Shown: positions 28,975 to 38,362, counted from the first letter of the stretch. The stretch is DNA of 40,472 nt from Bacteroidota bacterium (GCA_039804545.1 JBDLVY010000044.1:1-40472); one strand, 5' to 3'. Numbers and translations: made by a program. Notes: a model not told the origin generated them from the sequence alone.

Positions 28975-30477
28975 ATGAAACTATCCTCTGCCTTTAAAAG
29001 CAATTTCATTTACACAGTTGCGCTATTGCATATACTCCTTTTCTCTTACGCTGCATTTAGTAAATTATCCGATTATGAAACTTTCACCATTCAACTGGGA
29101 CAGTCTCCTTTGCTGAGCGCATTTGCCGGTTGGGTATCTTGGTGCATTCCGTTATTTGAAATTCTACTGGCAATTATGTTAATGTTTAATCGAACCCGCT
29201 TTTTGGCTTTGGTAAGTTCCTTCGGGCTAATGATGATGTTCTCATCCTATATTTATATAATCTTGCACTACAGCGAATTTGTACCCTGTTCCTGCGGTGG
29301 TATTCTCGAAAAAATGACTTGGAATGAACATCTGGTATTCAATCTTGTCTTTTGCCTCCTATCTGCTCTTGCAATTATTATATCATTAGCACAATTACCT
29401 CAACAGAATAAAGTTTGGAAAACAAAACACAAAGTAATTTTGCTTATCTCTACAAGTATTTTCGCCATTAGCATTGTTCTATTGCTATTTCTAAAATCAG
29501 AACAGATTATCCATCAGGAAAATAATTTTGTTCGCCGTTATCCTCCACATCTTTACAGCAAATCAGAACAGTTAAACTTAAAATATGACGGTTACTATTT
29601 TGCCGGAAGGGTAAACGACACTATCTATCTTGGAAACTATACAGCGCCTCTTTCAATAATAGCCATTAACAGCAACTTAAAAGTTATTGGCAACTATAAA
29701 ATTCAACTCAATAACTATAATCTACCCTATCGGGCCGCTTTGGTCCGAATTTCTTCACCATACTTCTTTCTAACCGATGGTACAGTTCCCTGCATTTTCA
29801 GAGGTAAAATATCCGATTGGAAAGCAAAACAAATTACGGGTATAAAAACTCACTTCTCGGTTTTTGAACCCATTGACTCCACAACAGCAGCAATCAGAAG
29901 TCGAAACCCAAAAAACAACGAAAGCATTCTCGGTCAACTAAAACTTTCTACTGACACCACTATGGCATTTTTTGACGAAACACTTTTACAAAAACAAATA
30001 GACGGTGTTTTTGACTGTGACGGTATGCTTAGATACAACCAAGAAACTCAAAAATTAGTCTACTCCTACTTTTATCGAAACCAATTTATAGTAGCAGATA
30101 AAAACTTGAAACTTTCCTATCGCGGAAATACAATTGACACTACTACAACAGCAAAAATAAAAATTGCCACTTTGAGTAACGGCGACAGAAAACTCGCAGA
30201 ACCTCCTCTAATGGTCAATAAATTAATCAGCACTTCAGGTAATCAATTATTTGTTTACTCCAATCTAAAGGGGCGTTATGAATCCAACAAACTATGGAAG
30301 CAAACTTCTGTCATTGATATCTATGACCTAAAAACAAAAAACTACAACTATAGCTTCAATGTCTATCATGTCAATAATAAAAAACCGCAAGAAATGTTAG
30401 CCACAAAAGATAAAGTCTATTTCATATTTGATAATACTATCGTAGCCTATCAAATTGATAGGTCGGTAAGACGATAA
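28975..30477 (+). CDS. MauE/DoxX-family membrane protein fused to a large extracytoplasmic beta-rich domain
   Basis: LFSYAAFSKL, P..E, PCSCGG, H..FN across about 5 transmembrane segments, then a ~320 aa soluble domain. Confidence 0.85.
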   Translation: MKLSSAFKSNFIYTVALLHILLFSYAAFSKLSDYETFTIQLGQSPLLSAFAGWVSWCIPLFEILLAIMLMFNRTRFLALVSSFGLMMMFSSYIYIILHYSEFVPCSCGGILEKMTWNEHLVFNLVFCLLSALAIIISLAQLPQQNKVWKTKHKVILLISTSIFAISIVLLLFLKSEQIIHQENNFVRRYPPHLYSKSEQLNLKYDGYYFAGRVNDTIYLGNYTAPLSIIAINSNLKVIGNYKIQLNNYNLPYRAALVRISSPYFFLTDGTVPCIFRGKISDWKAKQITGIKTHFSVFEPIDSTTAAIRSRNPKNNESILGQLKLSTDTTMAFFDETLLQKQIDGVFDCDGMLRYNQETQKLVYSYFYRNQFIVADKNLKLSYRGNTIDTTTTAKIKIATLSNGDRKLAEPPLMVNKLISTSGNQLFVYSNLKGRYESNKLWKQTSVIDIYDLKTKNYNYSFNVYHVNNKKPQEMLATKDKVYFIFDNTIVAYQIDRSVRR

Positions 30478-30488
30478 CTTTAAAGAAC

Positions 30489-30527
30489 CAGGATTAAGAT
30501 CGAACACCTGTAGAAAAAAGTAGATCA
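30489..30527 (+). ncRNA. Candidate cis-acting RNA (pseudoknot plus loop-E-like motif) upstream of the peptide gene
   Basis: CAGG(30489)/CCTG(30507) interleaved with GATC-GAA(30498)/AGTA-GATC(30519). Confidence 0.35.
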
Positions 30528-30553
30528 AAGTATAAACTTTAAATTTTTACAAG

Positions 30554-30829
30554 ATGAAAAATTTAAAAATGTTTTTGTCAGTAGCACTTTTTAGTGCCGC
30601 GGCATTCGGAGCTTTTGCTACCACTGCATCTAACAATGCAGCCAAGTCAAAAGCGGTAGCTATTGTACCGGGCTACATCAAACAAGGGCCAACTTGTGTG
30701 TTCAAAAACAACTGTTCTGATGTGGTAACACCGGTACTTTGTACAGAAACACAAACGGGAGGCGCACAAATTTTTGGTATGACCAGTACCACAAACTGTG
30801 CTATCGAATTGTGGAGACGTGCTAACTAA
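30554..30829 (+). CDS. Small secreted 4-Cys peptide (DUF6520-like)
   Basis: 91 aa; signal peptide ending AFGAFA; GY motif, then C48, C54, C63, C82; AT-rich Bacteroidota-type translation leader. Confidence 0.8.
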   Translation: MKNLKMFLSVALFSAAAFGAFATTASNNAAKSKAVAIVPGYIKQGPTCVFKNNCSDVVTPVLCTETQTGGAQIFGMTSTTNCAIELWRRAN

Positions 30830-30843
30830 AAAGTAAAGCCGTC

Positions 30844-30881
30844 AAAAAAAGCAGTTCCTTGTTTTATGGGAACTGCTTTTT
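30844..30881. terminator. Bidirectional terminator between the convergent operons
   Basis: A7-GCAGTTCC/GGAACTGC-T5. Confidence 0.85.
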
Positions 30882-30897
30882 CATTAAACTAGCCTTA

Positions 30898-33519
30898 CTA
30901 TTCCATCCCTTGCTCAATCCATGCCGACTTGGTAACATCTTTTAGATAAGTAGCAAGCCATTCTTCATACCTATGAGTAAAATCAATTTTACTATTTCTT
31001 TTAGTCAAAATATGCCCATTATCAGGATAAATAAGCATAATCTCTTTTTTACCCAATCTACGTAGTGCATTATAAAAGGCTATACATTGATAATAATGAA
31101 CTTGACGGTCTAACTCACCACTCCAAATCAGCAATGGTGTTGAAACATTTTGAGCATGCATCACCGGAGAATTTCTCAAGTAGCCTTCCATATCTTCATA
31201 CAATGATTTGCCCATTCTCCACTGCTGGTCTTCATACCTCCAAATTTCAGGTCTGCCACTATTCCAACCAATAGAAAGATAACTACCTATTAAATCAGAT
31301 GCTCCCGCTCCGGCTACTAAAGTCGCAAAGAAATTTTTGGTCTGAGTAGCTATATAACTAACCTGATATCCTGCAAAGGAGTGACCGTTCAAAGCAATCT
31401 TATCAGGTCGAACAATTCCCATGTCAATTATAGCATTAGTAGCCGACACTACACAATCAGTGGCACTCATGCCCACATTACCCATTTCAAAAGACAAATC
31501 AGGTTGCAATACAAAATACCCTTGTGAAGTAAGATTACTGATATTAAAGCCGGCACCATTGAGCAAACTGGGATTAACGTAACGGTGGACTTGGTCACTC
31601 AATCTTTCATAAATATACACAACCATGGGATATTTTTTCATAGGGTCATAATTAGCAGGATAATACAACGCAGCTTGGAGCGATTTATTTTTTGAATTCC
31701 TGTAACTGATAAGTTTCGACTTACCCCAATAATAGTCCTTTTGGTGTACATTGCTCATAAACAGTAATTCAGCTTTTTTATTCGCTTTTCCCATGGTCAT
31801 GATGGCCGGTGGAGCATTATAATCTTGTTCAATGTAAAAGAATGTTTCACTTTCATTAGTAAACCCAAGTGGCGTAATACTTTTATCCCTGTAAACCAAT
31901 GGTTTTTCTTTACCATCCCAATAAAAATAACCCGTTTCCTTTGTAAGTTTTCCGGAAGCTTTCAAATAAACTCCTTTTTCCATAGCAAGTTGCGGAAACG
32001 TAAACCCATCAAAATTCATAAGCCTATCCGTTTGTCCTGGTGGGTTAGCAATACGAAACTCAATTTGCTGTTCCCTGCCCTTGGTCAATCTTTTCGCTTG
32101 CCCATTTTTTAGGTTAACAGACCATAAATCATACTCATCATAAATAATCACGTTCGCATCATTAGCCGTCCATCCGGCTATGCCAAAAGCAGGTTTAGTA
32201 CCGGCATAATCATTCGCCTCATCATAAATCAATTGCGGAATATTCATACTGATATTAAAATGCTTTCCGCTGGTCAATTCATAAACCCACCAATGTTCTC
32301 CTTTACGATAAGCTATATACTTCCCTCCATACGAGGCTGAAATCTCTTCCATATCACAAATATGATGCTCTAAAAACAACGTCCGTTCTCCTGTATTTAA
32401 ATAGGTACTATACCAATCCGTTTTGCTCAACATGGTGAACTGCGGCTTTTGCCCCATGGGGTTATAAGTAATCGCATACTGTTGGTCACCACTAAGTAAT
32501 AGCTTTGGTTGGTCTTTAGTAGTAAGCTGTCTAAAATTGCCATTATCAGGATACCATATCGCACATTTAGGTTGCAAATCCCAGCGACCTTCAATTTGAG
32601 TTTGGCTATAAGTCCAAGCATCATTGCCATTCCATTGTTGCACTATTGGTTTTTCGGTGGTAGTTGGGATACTTTCCATTAGGTAAAAGAATATCCGATG
32701 CCCATCATCCGATATAGTAAATCGAGTCCAAAGCGGAGGTTCGATACTACTTCCTTTAGGAATTGAAGTGATAGCATTAGCATCAAAGCTATAAATCTTG
32801 CTTTCCTTAAATCGATACAAATACAGATTCTTACCATTGCGAATATCAAGCGTGTCTTTATATTTTTTTACAAAGGCGAAAGCTGTCCCTTTCCTTTGCC
32901 AAACAATATTTTCAAAATTGGCTTCACCATCAGTAACCAACTTCTGAAAATGCTCCCGCTTACCATCAAAAGGACAATAATGCAACGACGCTTTGGCTGC
33001 GGCTATAGTATAAACCATACCGCTACTTGACGGATTTATATAAAATCCTGATACATTGTCTATGTTTTCTATTCTCCCAATATCAAGTCGTTCTATTGAA
33101 AGTCGTTGCAAATTTGTCAAGGTAATTAAAGTTAACCCATCATTCGAAAAGGCATATTGCGAAACACCTTTCATTTGTCGTCTCAAACCACTTTTAAGAT
33201 TCACTATTTCCAACACACTTTCCGACATCATGCAAGCAAACCATGAATCCTTGGCAAACCTCCCATCATACCCCTTCGGGAAAGCATGAGTTTTAGTAGC
33301 ATTTTTATGCCTAACAAATAAAGTGTCATTACCACTCTCATAGGCCAAGTGATAGCTTACCCAATCTCCTTTAGCAGATACCGCTTCCATTTCCATGGTA
33401 CTCCATAGAGGATAGTCAGCTTCAGTAAGATTCTTTTGGCTTGTAACCTGCCCCATTACGGAGCAGGAAACAACCAAAAAAAATAAAAAAAAGAGATTCT
33501 TAATTTTAATAACCGGCAT
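30898..33519 (-). CDS. Secreted S9 (prolyl oligopeptidase-family) peptidase
   Basis: GHSFAG nucleophile, GELDRQV Asp, DNGH His, N-terminal propeller; ATG 33519 overlaps the SusD stop. Confidence 0.9.
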   Translation of the reverse strand: MPVIKIKNLFFLFFLVVSCSVMGQVTSQKNLTEADYPLWSTMEMEAVSAKGDWVSYHLAYESGNDTLFVRHKNATKTHAFPKGYDGRFAKDSWFACMMSESVLEIVNLKSGLRRQMKGVSQYAFSNDGLTLITLTNLQRLSIERLDIGRIENIDNVSGFYINPSSSGMVYTIAAAKASLHYCPFDGKREHFQKLVTDGEANFENIVWQRKGTAFAFVKKYKDTLDIRNGKNLYLYRFKESKIYSFDANAITSIPKGSSIEPPLWTRFTISDDGHRIFFYLMESIPTTTEKPIVQQWNGNDAWTYSQTQIEGRWDLQPKCAIWYPDNGNFRQLTTKDQPKLLLSGDQQYAITYNPMGQKPQFTMLSKTDWYSTYLNTGERTLFLEHHICDMEEISASYGGKYIAYRKGEHWWVYELTSGKHFNISMNIPQLIYDEANDYAGTKPAFGIAGWTANDANVIIYDEYDLWSVNLKNGQAKRLTKGREQQIEFRIANPPGQTDRLMNFDGFTFPQLAMEKGVYLKASGKLTKETGYFYWDGKEKPLVYRDKSITPLGFTNESETFFYIEQDYNAPPAIMTMGKANKKAELLFMSNVHQKDYYWGKSKLISYRNSKNKSLQAALYYPANYDPMKKYPMVVYIYERLSDQVHRYVNPSLLNGAGFNISNLTSQGYFVLQPDLSFEMGNVGMSATDCVVSATNAIIDMGIVRPDKIALNGHSFAGYQVSYIATQTKNFFATLVAGAGASDLIGSYLSIGWNSGRPEIWRYEDQQWRMGKSLYEDMEGYLRNSPVMHAQNVSTPLLIWSGELDRQVHYYQCIAFYNALRRLGKKEIMLIYPDNGHILTKRNSKIDFTHRYEEWLATYLKDVTKSAWIEQGME

Positions 33520-34906
33520 TTTGTGGGGCAAGATTAGGGTTAATCAATAATTCCGATTGAGGCACCGGCCAATATTGGTCAGTACTGTTCCATCCCGGTT
33601 TAACTGAGGATAAAATTGCATCCAATTTTCCGGTCCGTTGCAAATCAAAAAACCGCAGTCCGGTCTCGGTAAAGAATTCATAACGACGCTCATTAATCAC
33701 CGCATCAACTATTTCAGTAGCAGTAACCGCTGTGGTATTTCCAAGTCCGGCATTGTTCCTTATAAAATTCAAATCCTCCTTCGCACCAATCAACTCGCCT
33801 TGTCTTGCTCTGGCTTCGGCTCTAATCAAATATTGCTCAGCAAGTCGCAGCATTACCGAATATTCACTACTTGTACTCGAACCATTATCTTGCTTGTATT
33901 TATAAGCATGATACCAAGTAGTAGTGCCATCAGTAATGGTGTTAACCCAATGAGTTCTACGTTGGTCTCCAACGTCAAAACTATTATACAAGTTTGGACT
34001 AAGCGCAACACTCGGCGGCGGTCCGGCAGTAAAAATAAATAACGCGCCTTCCTGAGCATTCGCATAGCCACCACCGGCAGAAAACTGCCAAATCGTACTA
34101 CTGCAATCTTTCAGGAATACATTATCTAAATTAGCCTCCCAAACATAAACTCCGCTTTGGTTCAACACGGCCGAGGCAGCATTACTCGCTTCAGCCCATT
34201 GCCCGTTATACAAATACATTCGGGCAAGTAATGCCATAGCAGCAAATTTATTCGGTCTTATCCTTTCATAACTTATATAGCTTTCAGGCAACAAAGTTGA
34301 AGCTTCCTCTAAATCAACAATACATTTTTCATACACAGCTGTTACAGATAAACGGTTTACATTGCTGTTTTGCTGATAGTCTGTTGTAGTGATGTAAGGA
34401 CAGCCTCCATAAACACCGGCCAAGTAAGAATGCAATAAAGCACGAACAAACAGTGCCTCACCAATAAGTTGATTTTTTTGAGCAGTAGTAAGCGCCGTAG
34501 AATTAGTAACGCCTTTAATCACAGCATTAGCCGCATAAATTTGATTATAAGTTGTTATCCATAACTCCTGCACAAAGCCATTGGGAGCGGTCAAAGCATT
34601 ATTATAAAAAGGCTCTGCCGTGAAAGCTCCGGTTTCATAGCAAACTAATTCGTCACTGTACTGACCTAGCAAATTAGTTAACCCAAGTGGTTTACCAGTC
34701 AATATGCCCGCATCTCTCATTTTAGCATAAATATTCTTCATCGCTGCAGTAGCGGTAGTGTTACTTTCAAATACGGCTTCACTGGTCAGTTGCGAATTGG
34801 GTTGGTCAACATCCACAAAATCATCGCACGATAAAGCAATGCATAGCAATAAGCTCCACACAGCCATTGGCCATATAAATCGGATAGTATTTAGTTTATT
34901 TTTCAT
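33506..34906 (-). CDS. RagB/SusD-family lipoprotein
   Basis: Lipobox ALSC; GEALFVRA, LLARMYLY, RLAEQYLIRAEA, ERRYEFF.E..RFFDL.R, QNAGY C-terminus. Confidence 0.95.
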   Translation of the reverse strand: MKNKLNTIRFIWPMAVWSLLLCIALSCDDFVDVDQPNSQLTSEAVFESNTTATAAMKNIYAKMRDAGILTGKPLGLTNLLGQYSDELVCYETGAFTAEPFYNNALTAPNGFVQELWITTYNQIYAANAVIKGVTNSTALTTAQKNQLIGEALFVRALLHSYLAGVYGGCPYITTTDYQQNSNVNRLSVTAVYEKCIVDLEEASTLLPESYISYERIRPNKFAAMALLARMYLYNGQWAEASNAASAVLNQSGVYVWEANLDNVFLKDCSSTIWQFSAGGGYANAQEGALFIFTAGPPPSVALSPNLYNSFDVGDQRRTHWVNTITDGTTTWYHAYKYKQDNGSSTSSEYSVMLRLAEQYLIRAEARARQGELIGAKEDLNFIRNNAGLGNTTAVTATEIVDAVINERRYEFFTETGLRFFDLQRTGKLDAILSSVKPGWNSTDQYWPVPQSELLINPNLAPQNAGY

Positions 34907-34917
34907 GTCTTTCTTTT

Positions 34918-37900
34918 TTAAAATTTAAACTCGGCTCCAAAGCTGATGATACGCAACGGAGGCAAATAATTAAAACTTCTGAATTCGGGATCACCGTCTT
35001 TATAAGGCGTAATGGTCAATAGGTTTTGTGCCTGCAGCGTGAGCTTACATTGCAAACCTTTCACATAATTGGGCACTATATAGGAAAGCGCAATGTTTTT
35101 CAACCTGATATAAGAAGCATCACTCACAGCAGCATCACTATTAGCATACCTTCCATAAGCATTCACAGCATCGCCATTTAATCCGGTGGTATAAATTTGA
35201 GTAGTAACATTATCTCCTGCTTGTTGCCAAGCTCCTATTACCGAGGCAGGTTGATTCCCAAAAGCACCCGGAGCAGAATACTGCGTAGCCGCATTCCAAT
35301 TCAATTGCTTTACAAACTGAAAAAGAAAGTCTAGTTGAAAGTTTTTGTAACGCACTTGATTTTGCAATCCCCCATAATATTCTGGACTAAAATCCCTCAC
35401 CGTCTGAGCATCATCCGCAAAAGACAATTCACCATCTCCATTCACATCCTCAAACTCATAAACACCTGTCTGCGGGTTTACACCGGTAAAATGATATAAC
35501 TTCTGAATGTTGATAGATTCACCAATCACATATTGGTTTTGATAAGTACTCGTGGCAAGCCCCGGAAAAGCAACCAGCTTGTTTTTCGGCAAAGTGATAT
35601 TAAAATTCGTAGTCCAGCCAAAAGAGTTCTTTTGAACATTGACAGTTCTTAAATTAAACTCCAATCCTGTGTTTTCAACCGTTGCATCCAAGTTCGATTG
35701 CATCGAAGTAAAACCGGTTGTAGCCGGTAATGGCATGCCTATTAATTGGTTCGAAGAACGATTCCGGTACCAACTCACAGTAGTAAAAACTCGGTCTTGC
35801 AAAAAACCTAACTCCACAGCCGCCTCAATCTTGCGGTTACTTTCCCAACTAAAATTCGGATTAAACAATCTAATCGGATTCAAGCCCACAGTACCATCAT
35901 AAACACCGGTAGAAGATTGATAAGTATCAAGATATTGATAATCGCCTATCTGGTCGTTACCGGTAACACCATAACTGCCTCGTAGCTTCCCAAAGCTCAT
36001 AAACTTGGCACTTTCCTTTATTCCCTTTTCTTCGCTGAATAACCATGCAGCACCAACAGCGCCAAAATTCGCAAACTGTTTCCCTGGTCCAAATCGACTC
36101 GAACCATCACGACGACCGGTTAAATTGATAAAGTACTTATCAAGCCATGATAGATTAACTCTCCCAAAGAAAGCCTGATAGCGATACTCCGTTTCATCGT
36201 CATAAAAAGTTCTGCTAAAACTAGCCGAAGCCAAATTGTAAAGTAAACTGTTACTCGTAAAACCCGACCCAAATTGCAGCATTCTATCACTTACTTGATT
36301 TTGAAACGTACTACCCACCAATACGTCAATCTTGCCTTTACTAAACTGGCGTGTCCAATTCAACTGTGGCTCTACTATCCAAGACTTCCTGCTCGAAGTA
36401 GTAAAAAAGATAGCCGAATATTCCGCTCCAGCTTCATATATCGGGTCATATATGGTCGAAGGATCACTCCGGCTTTCATTATGCCTCAAGTCTGTAAAAC
36501 CAAGACTGGTCTTAGCCGTAAAACCATAAGGCAATTGATAGGAGAAAGTGCTATTGGCTACCAAACTATTCGTTTTACTCAATACCTCAGCATTCAAAGC
36601 CGCTAATGGATTTTCCCAAGTGCTGTTTTCCCAATTCAGGTTTCCATCAGCATCATACAATGCAGGAGCATTAGGTGCTAAGTTTCGCGAAATACGCGTT
36701 AAGTCCGAAGCCGGTTGATCATTGTCTTGTATATCATAACTACCCGAGAACACCACTTTAAATCGCTTATCCTCACTTTCGTGGTCTACACTCACATGGG
36801 CACTCCCTTTTTTATAATCAAAGTCTCCAGGAAATACAGTACTCTGCGTATAAGTATTCCCACTGACTAGAAAGTGTGTTTGTGCCGACCCACCCGAAAC
36901 TGATGTTTGCATAGTCCTAATTTCAGCAGTACCACCGGTTAGTTTTTCCTGCCAATCAGTGTAGCTATTCACATCCCATGTCCCATTTACATCGTAAGCA
37001 TTAAACGGATAATCCGTAACACCATCATTAGCAAACGCTTGTTGCCGTATAGCAAGATATTGTTGAGTATTGAGTAAATCAAGCTTTCGGGTGATTTGTC
37101 CGGTCGCGGTACTGGCACTGGCAGTAAATTGGGTTTTACCCGCCTTGCCTTTTTTAGTGGTAATCAGCACCACACCGTTAGCGCCGCGTGAACCATATAT
37201 AGCCGTAGCATCAGCATCCTTCAATATCTCTATACTTTCAATATCACTAGGATTAATAGTATTCAGCGGACTCGTAGTAGTAGGCAAAGTAGTCGAAGTT
37301 TGCCGGTCACCTATAACATCCGAAGCAAAAGGCACACCATCTATAACATACAGTGGTGCATTTCCTGCGCTTCGTAAACTGTTCAGTCCTCTGATGCGGA
37401 TATCAAATCCACCACCCGGCACACCCGTAGTTTGCGTAATATCCACACCAGCCATTCTCCCTTGCATAGCAGCAAGCACATTAGCTACAGGTTGCTTCTC
37501 TATATCCTTTGAAGTAATCTTCGCAATACTTCCGGTACGCTCTTTATCTTTCACAGTATAGTAACCGGCATTCACCGTTACCTCTTTCAAAGTAGTTGCA
37601 TCTTCGGTCATAGTCACATTCACAACAGTGCCCACTGAGACTACGACTGAGACTGTCGTATACCCTATATATGTAAACACAAGCGTATCTCCTTCCTCAG
37701 CAGCTATACTAAACTGCCCTTTCTCGTCAGTGATAGTGCTTTTACCCTGAACTTGTTTCAGGCTCTTATCTTTCACGGCAACTGTCACACCAGGAAGCCC
37801 TCCATTCGCATCAGTTACAGTTCCTGATATTTGATTTTGTAAAATGGTTAGCTTCCCCGCTATAGCTATATTCCTATTGCCTATTGCCTTCTGCCCACTG

Positions 37901-37992
37901 CCTGCAGCTGATGTGGCGAAGCATTGAGTGGTCGCTAACACCAAAATTGCTACGTATGCACACGACAGCTTGCCAATTGAATTTTTATTCAT
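34918..37992 (-). CDS. SusC/RagA TonB-dependent outer-membrane transporter
   Basis: IRIRG, PLYVIDG, DIESIEILKDADATAIYGSRGANGVVLITTKKG, RRDGSSRFG, terminal F; ATG 37992 preferred to the upstream TTG. Confidence 0.96.
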   Translation of the reverse strand: MNKNSIGKLSCAYVAILVLATTQCFATSAAGSGQKAIGNRNIAIAGKLTILQNQISGTVTDANGGLPGVTVAVKDKSLKQVQGKSTITDEKGQFSIAAEEGDTLVFTYIGYTTVSVVVSVGTVVNVTMTEDATTLKEVTVNAGYYTVKDKERTGSIAKITSKDIEKQPVANVLAAMQGRMAGVDITQTTGVPGGGFDIRIRGLNSLRSAGNAPLYVIDGVPFASDVIGDRQTSTTLPTTTSPLNTINPSDIESIEILKDADATAIYGSRGANGVVLITTKKGKAGKTQFTASASTATGQITRKLDLLNTQQYLAIRQQAFANDGVTDYPFNAYDVNGTWDVNSYTDWQEKLTGGTAEIRTMQTSVSGGSAQTHFLVSGNTYTQSTVFPGDFDYKKGSAHVSVDHESEDKRFKVVFSGSYDIQDNDQPASDLTRISRNLAPNAPALYDADGNLNWENSTWENPLAALNAEVLSKTNSLVANSTFSYQLPYGFTAKTSLGFTDLRHNESRSDPSTIYDPIYEAGAEYSAIFFTTSSRKSWIVEPQLNWTRQFSKGKIDVLVGSTFQNQVSDRMLQFGSGFTSNSLLYNLASASFSRTFYDDETEYRYQAFFGRVNLSWLDKYFINLTGRRDGSSRFGPGKQFANFGAVGAAWLFSEEKGIKESAKFMSFGKLRGSYGVTGNDQIGDYQYLDTYQSSTGVYDGTVGLNPIRLFNPNFSWESNRKIEAAVELGFLQDRVFTTVSWYRNRSSNQLIGMPLPATTGFTSMQSNLDATVENTGLEFNLRTVNVQKNSFGWTTNFNITLPKNKLVAFPGLATSTYQNQYVIGESINIQKLYHFTGVNPQTGVYEFEDVNGDGELSFADDAQTVRDFSPEYYGGLQNQVRYKNFQLDFLFQFVKQLNWNAATQYSAPGAFGNQPASVIGAWQQAGDNVTTQIYTTGLNGDAVNAYGRYANSDAAVSDASYIRLKNIALSYIVPNYVKGLQCKLTLQAQNLLTITPYKDGDPEFRSFNYLPPLRIISFGAEFKF

Positions 37993-38034
37993 AATATTGG
38001 TTTGGTTAAATGAAACATTAGTTTTGTTTGCTTT

Positions 38035-38080
38035 AGGCCCTCTCTTCGCCGCCAAGCTATACGGAGGGCCTTTTTTTTTT
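38035..38080. promoter_or_regulatory. Hairpin in the SusC 5' leader
   Basis: AGGCCCTC/GAGGGCCT stem with a T10 run on the + strand. Confidence 0.55.
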
Positions 38081-38362
38081 GTTTGTGAAGTTTAGTTTTG
38101 TTGTTTATACCATAGGCTTTTATTTTAAGGTTTGATGTCTATTTTCTTTGTTCTATATTCTATCCTCTTTTAAAAGAATAAGCCTGCGCCGGGCATAGCA
38201 ACTAACCCAACTTAAAAAAACTCAACTAGTACCTCACACGCAGGCTGTTTAAGTAGTTGAAACAATCAGGATATCTAAGAGAACTGGAATGAACTTATCC
38301 CTTTTCCCTTATCCCTTTTAGCTAAGTAAACAATGTTGAATCTAACGGAGAGTAGCACAAAT

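Noticed and set aside
30489-30527. preQ1-I riboswitch or self-cleaving ribozyme identity for the pseudoknot
   Set aside because: Only the overall topology and A-rich linker are similar; diagnostic nucleotides and gene context do not fit
33506-37992. Classical polysaccharide utilisation locus
   Set aside because: No CAZyme, HTCS or ECF/anti-sigma gene is adjacent; the only partner is a peptidase
37993-38055. Extended SusC N-terminus from the TTG at 38055
   Set aside because: It starts inside a hairpin; ATG 37992 gives a normal signal peptide
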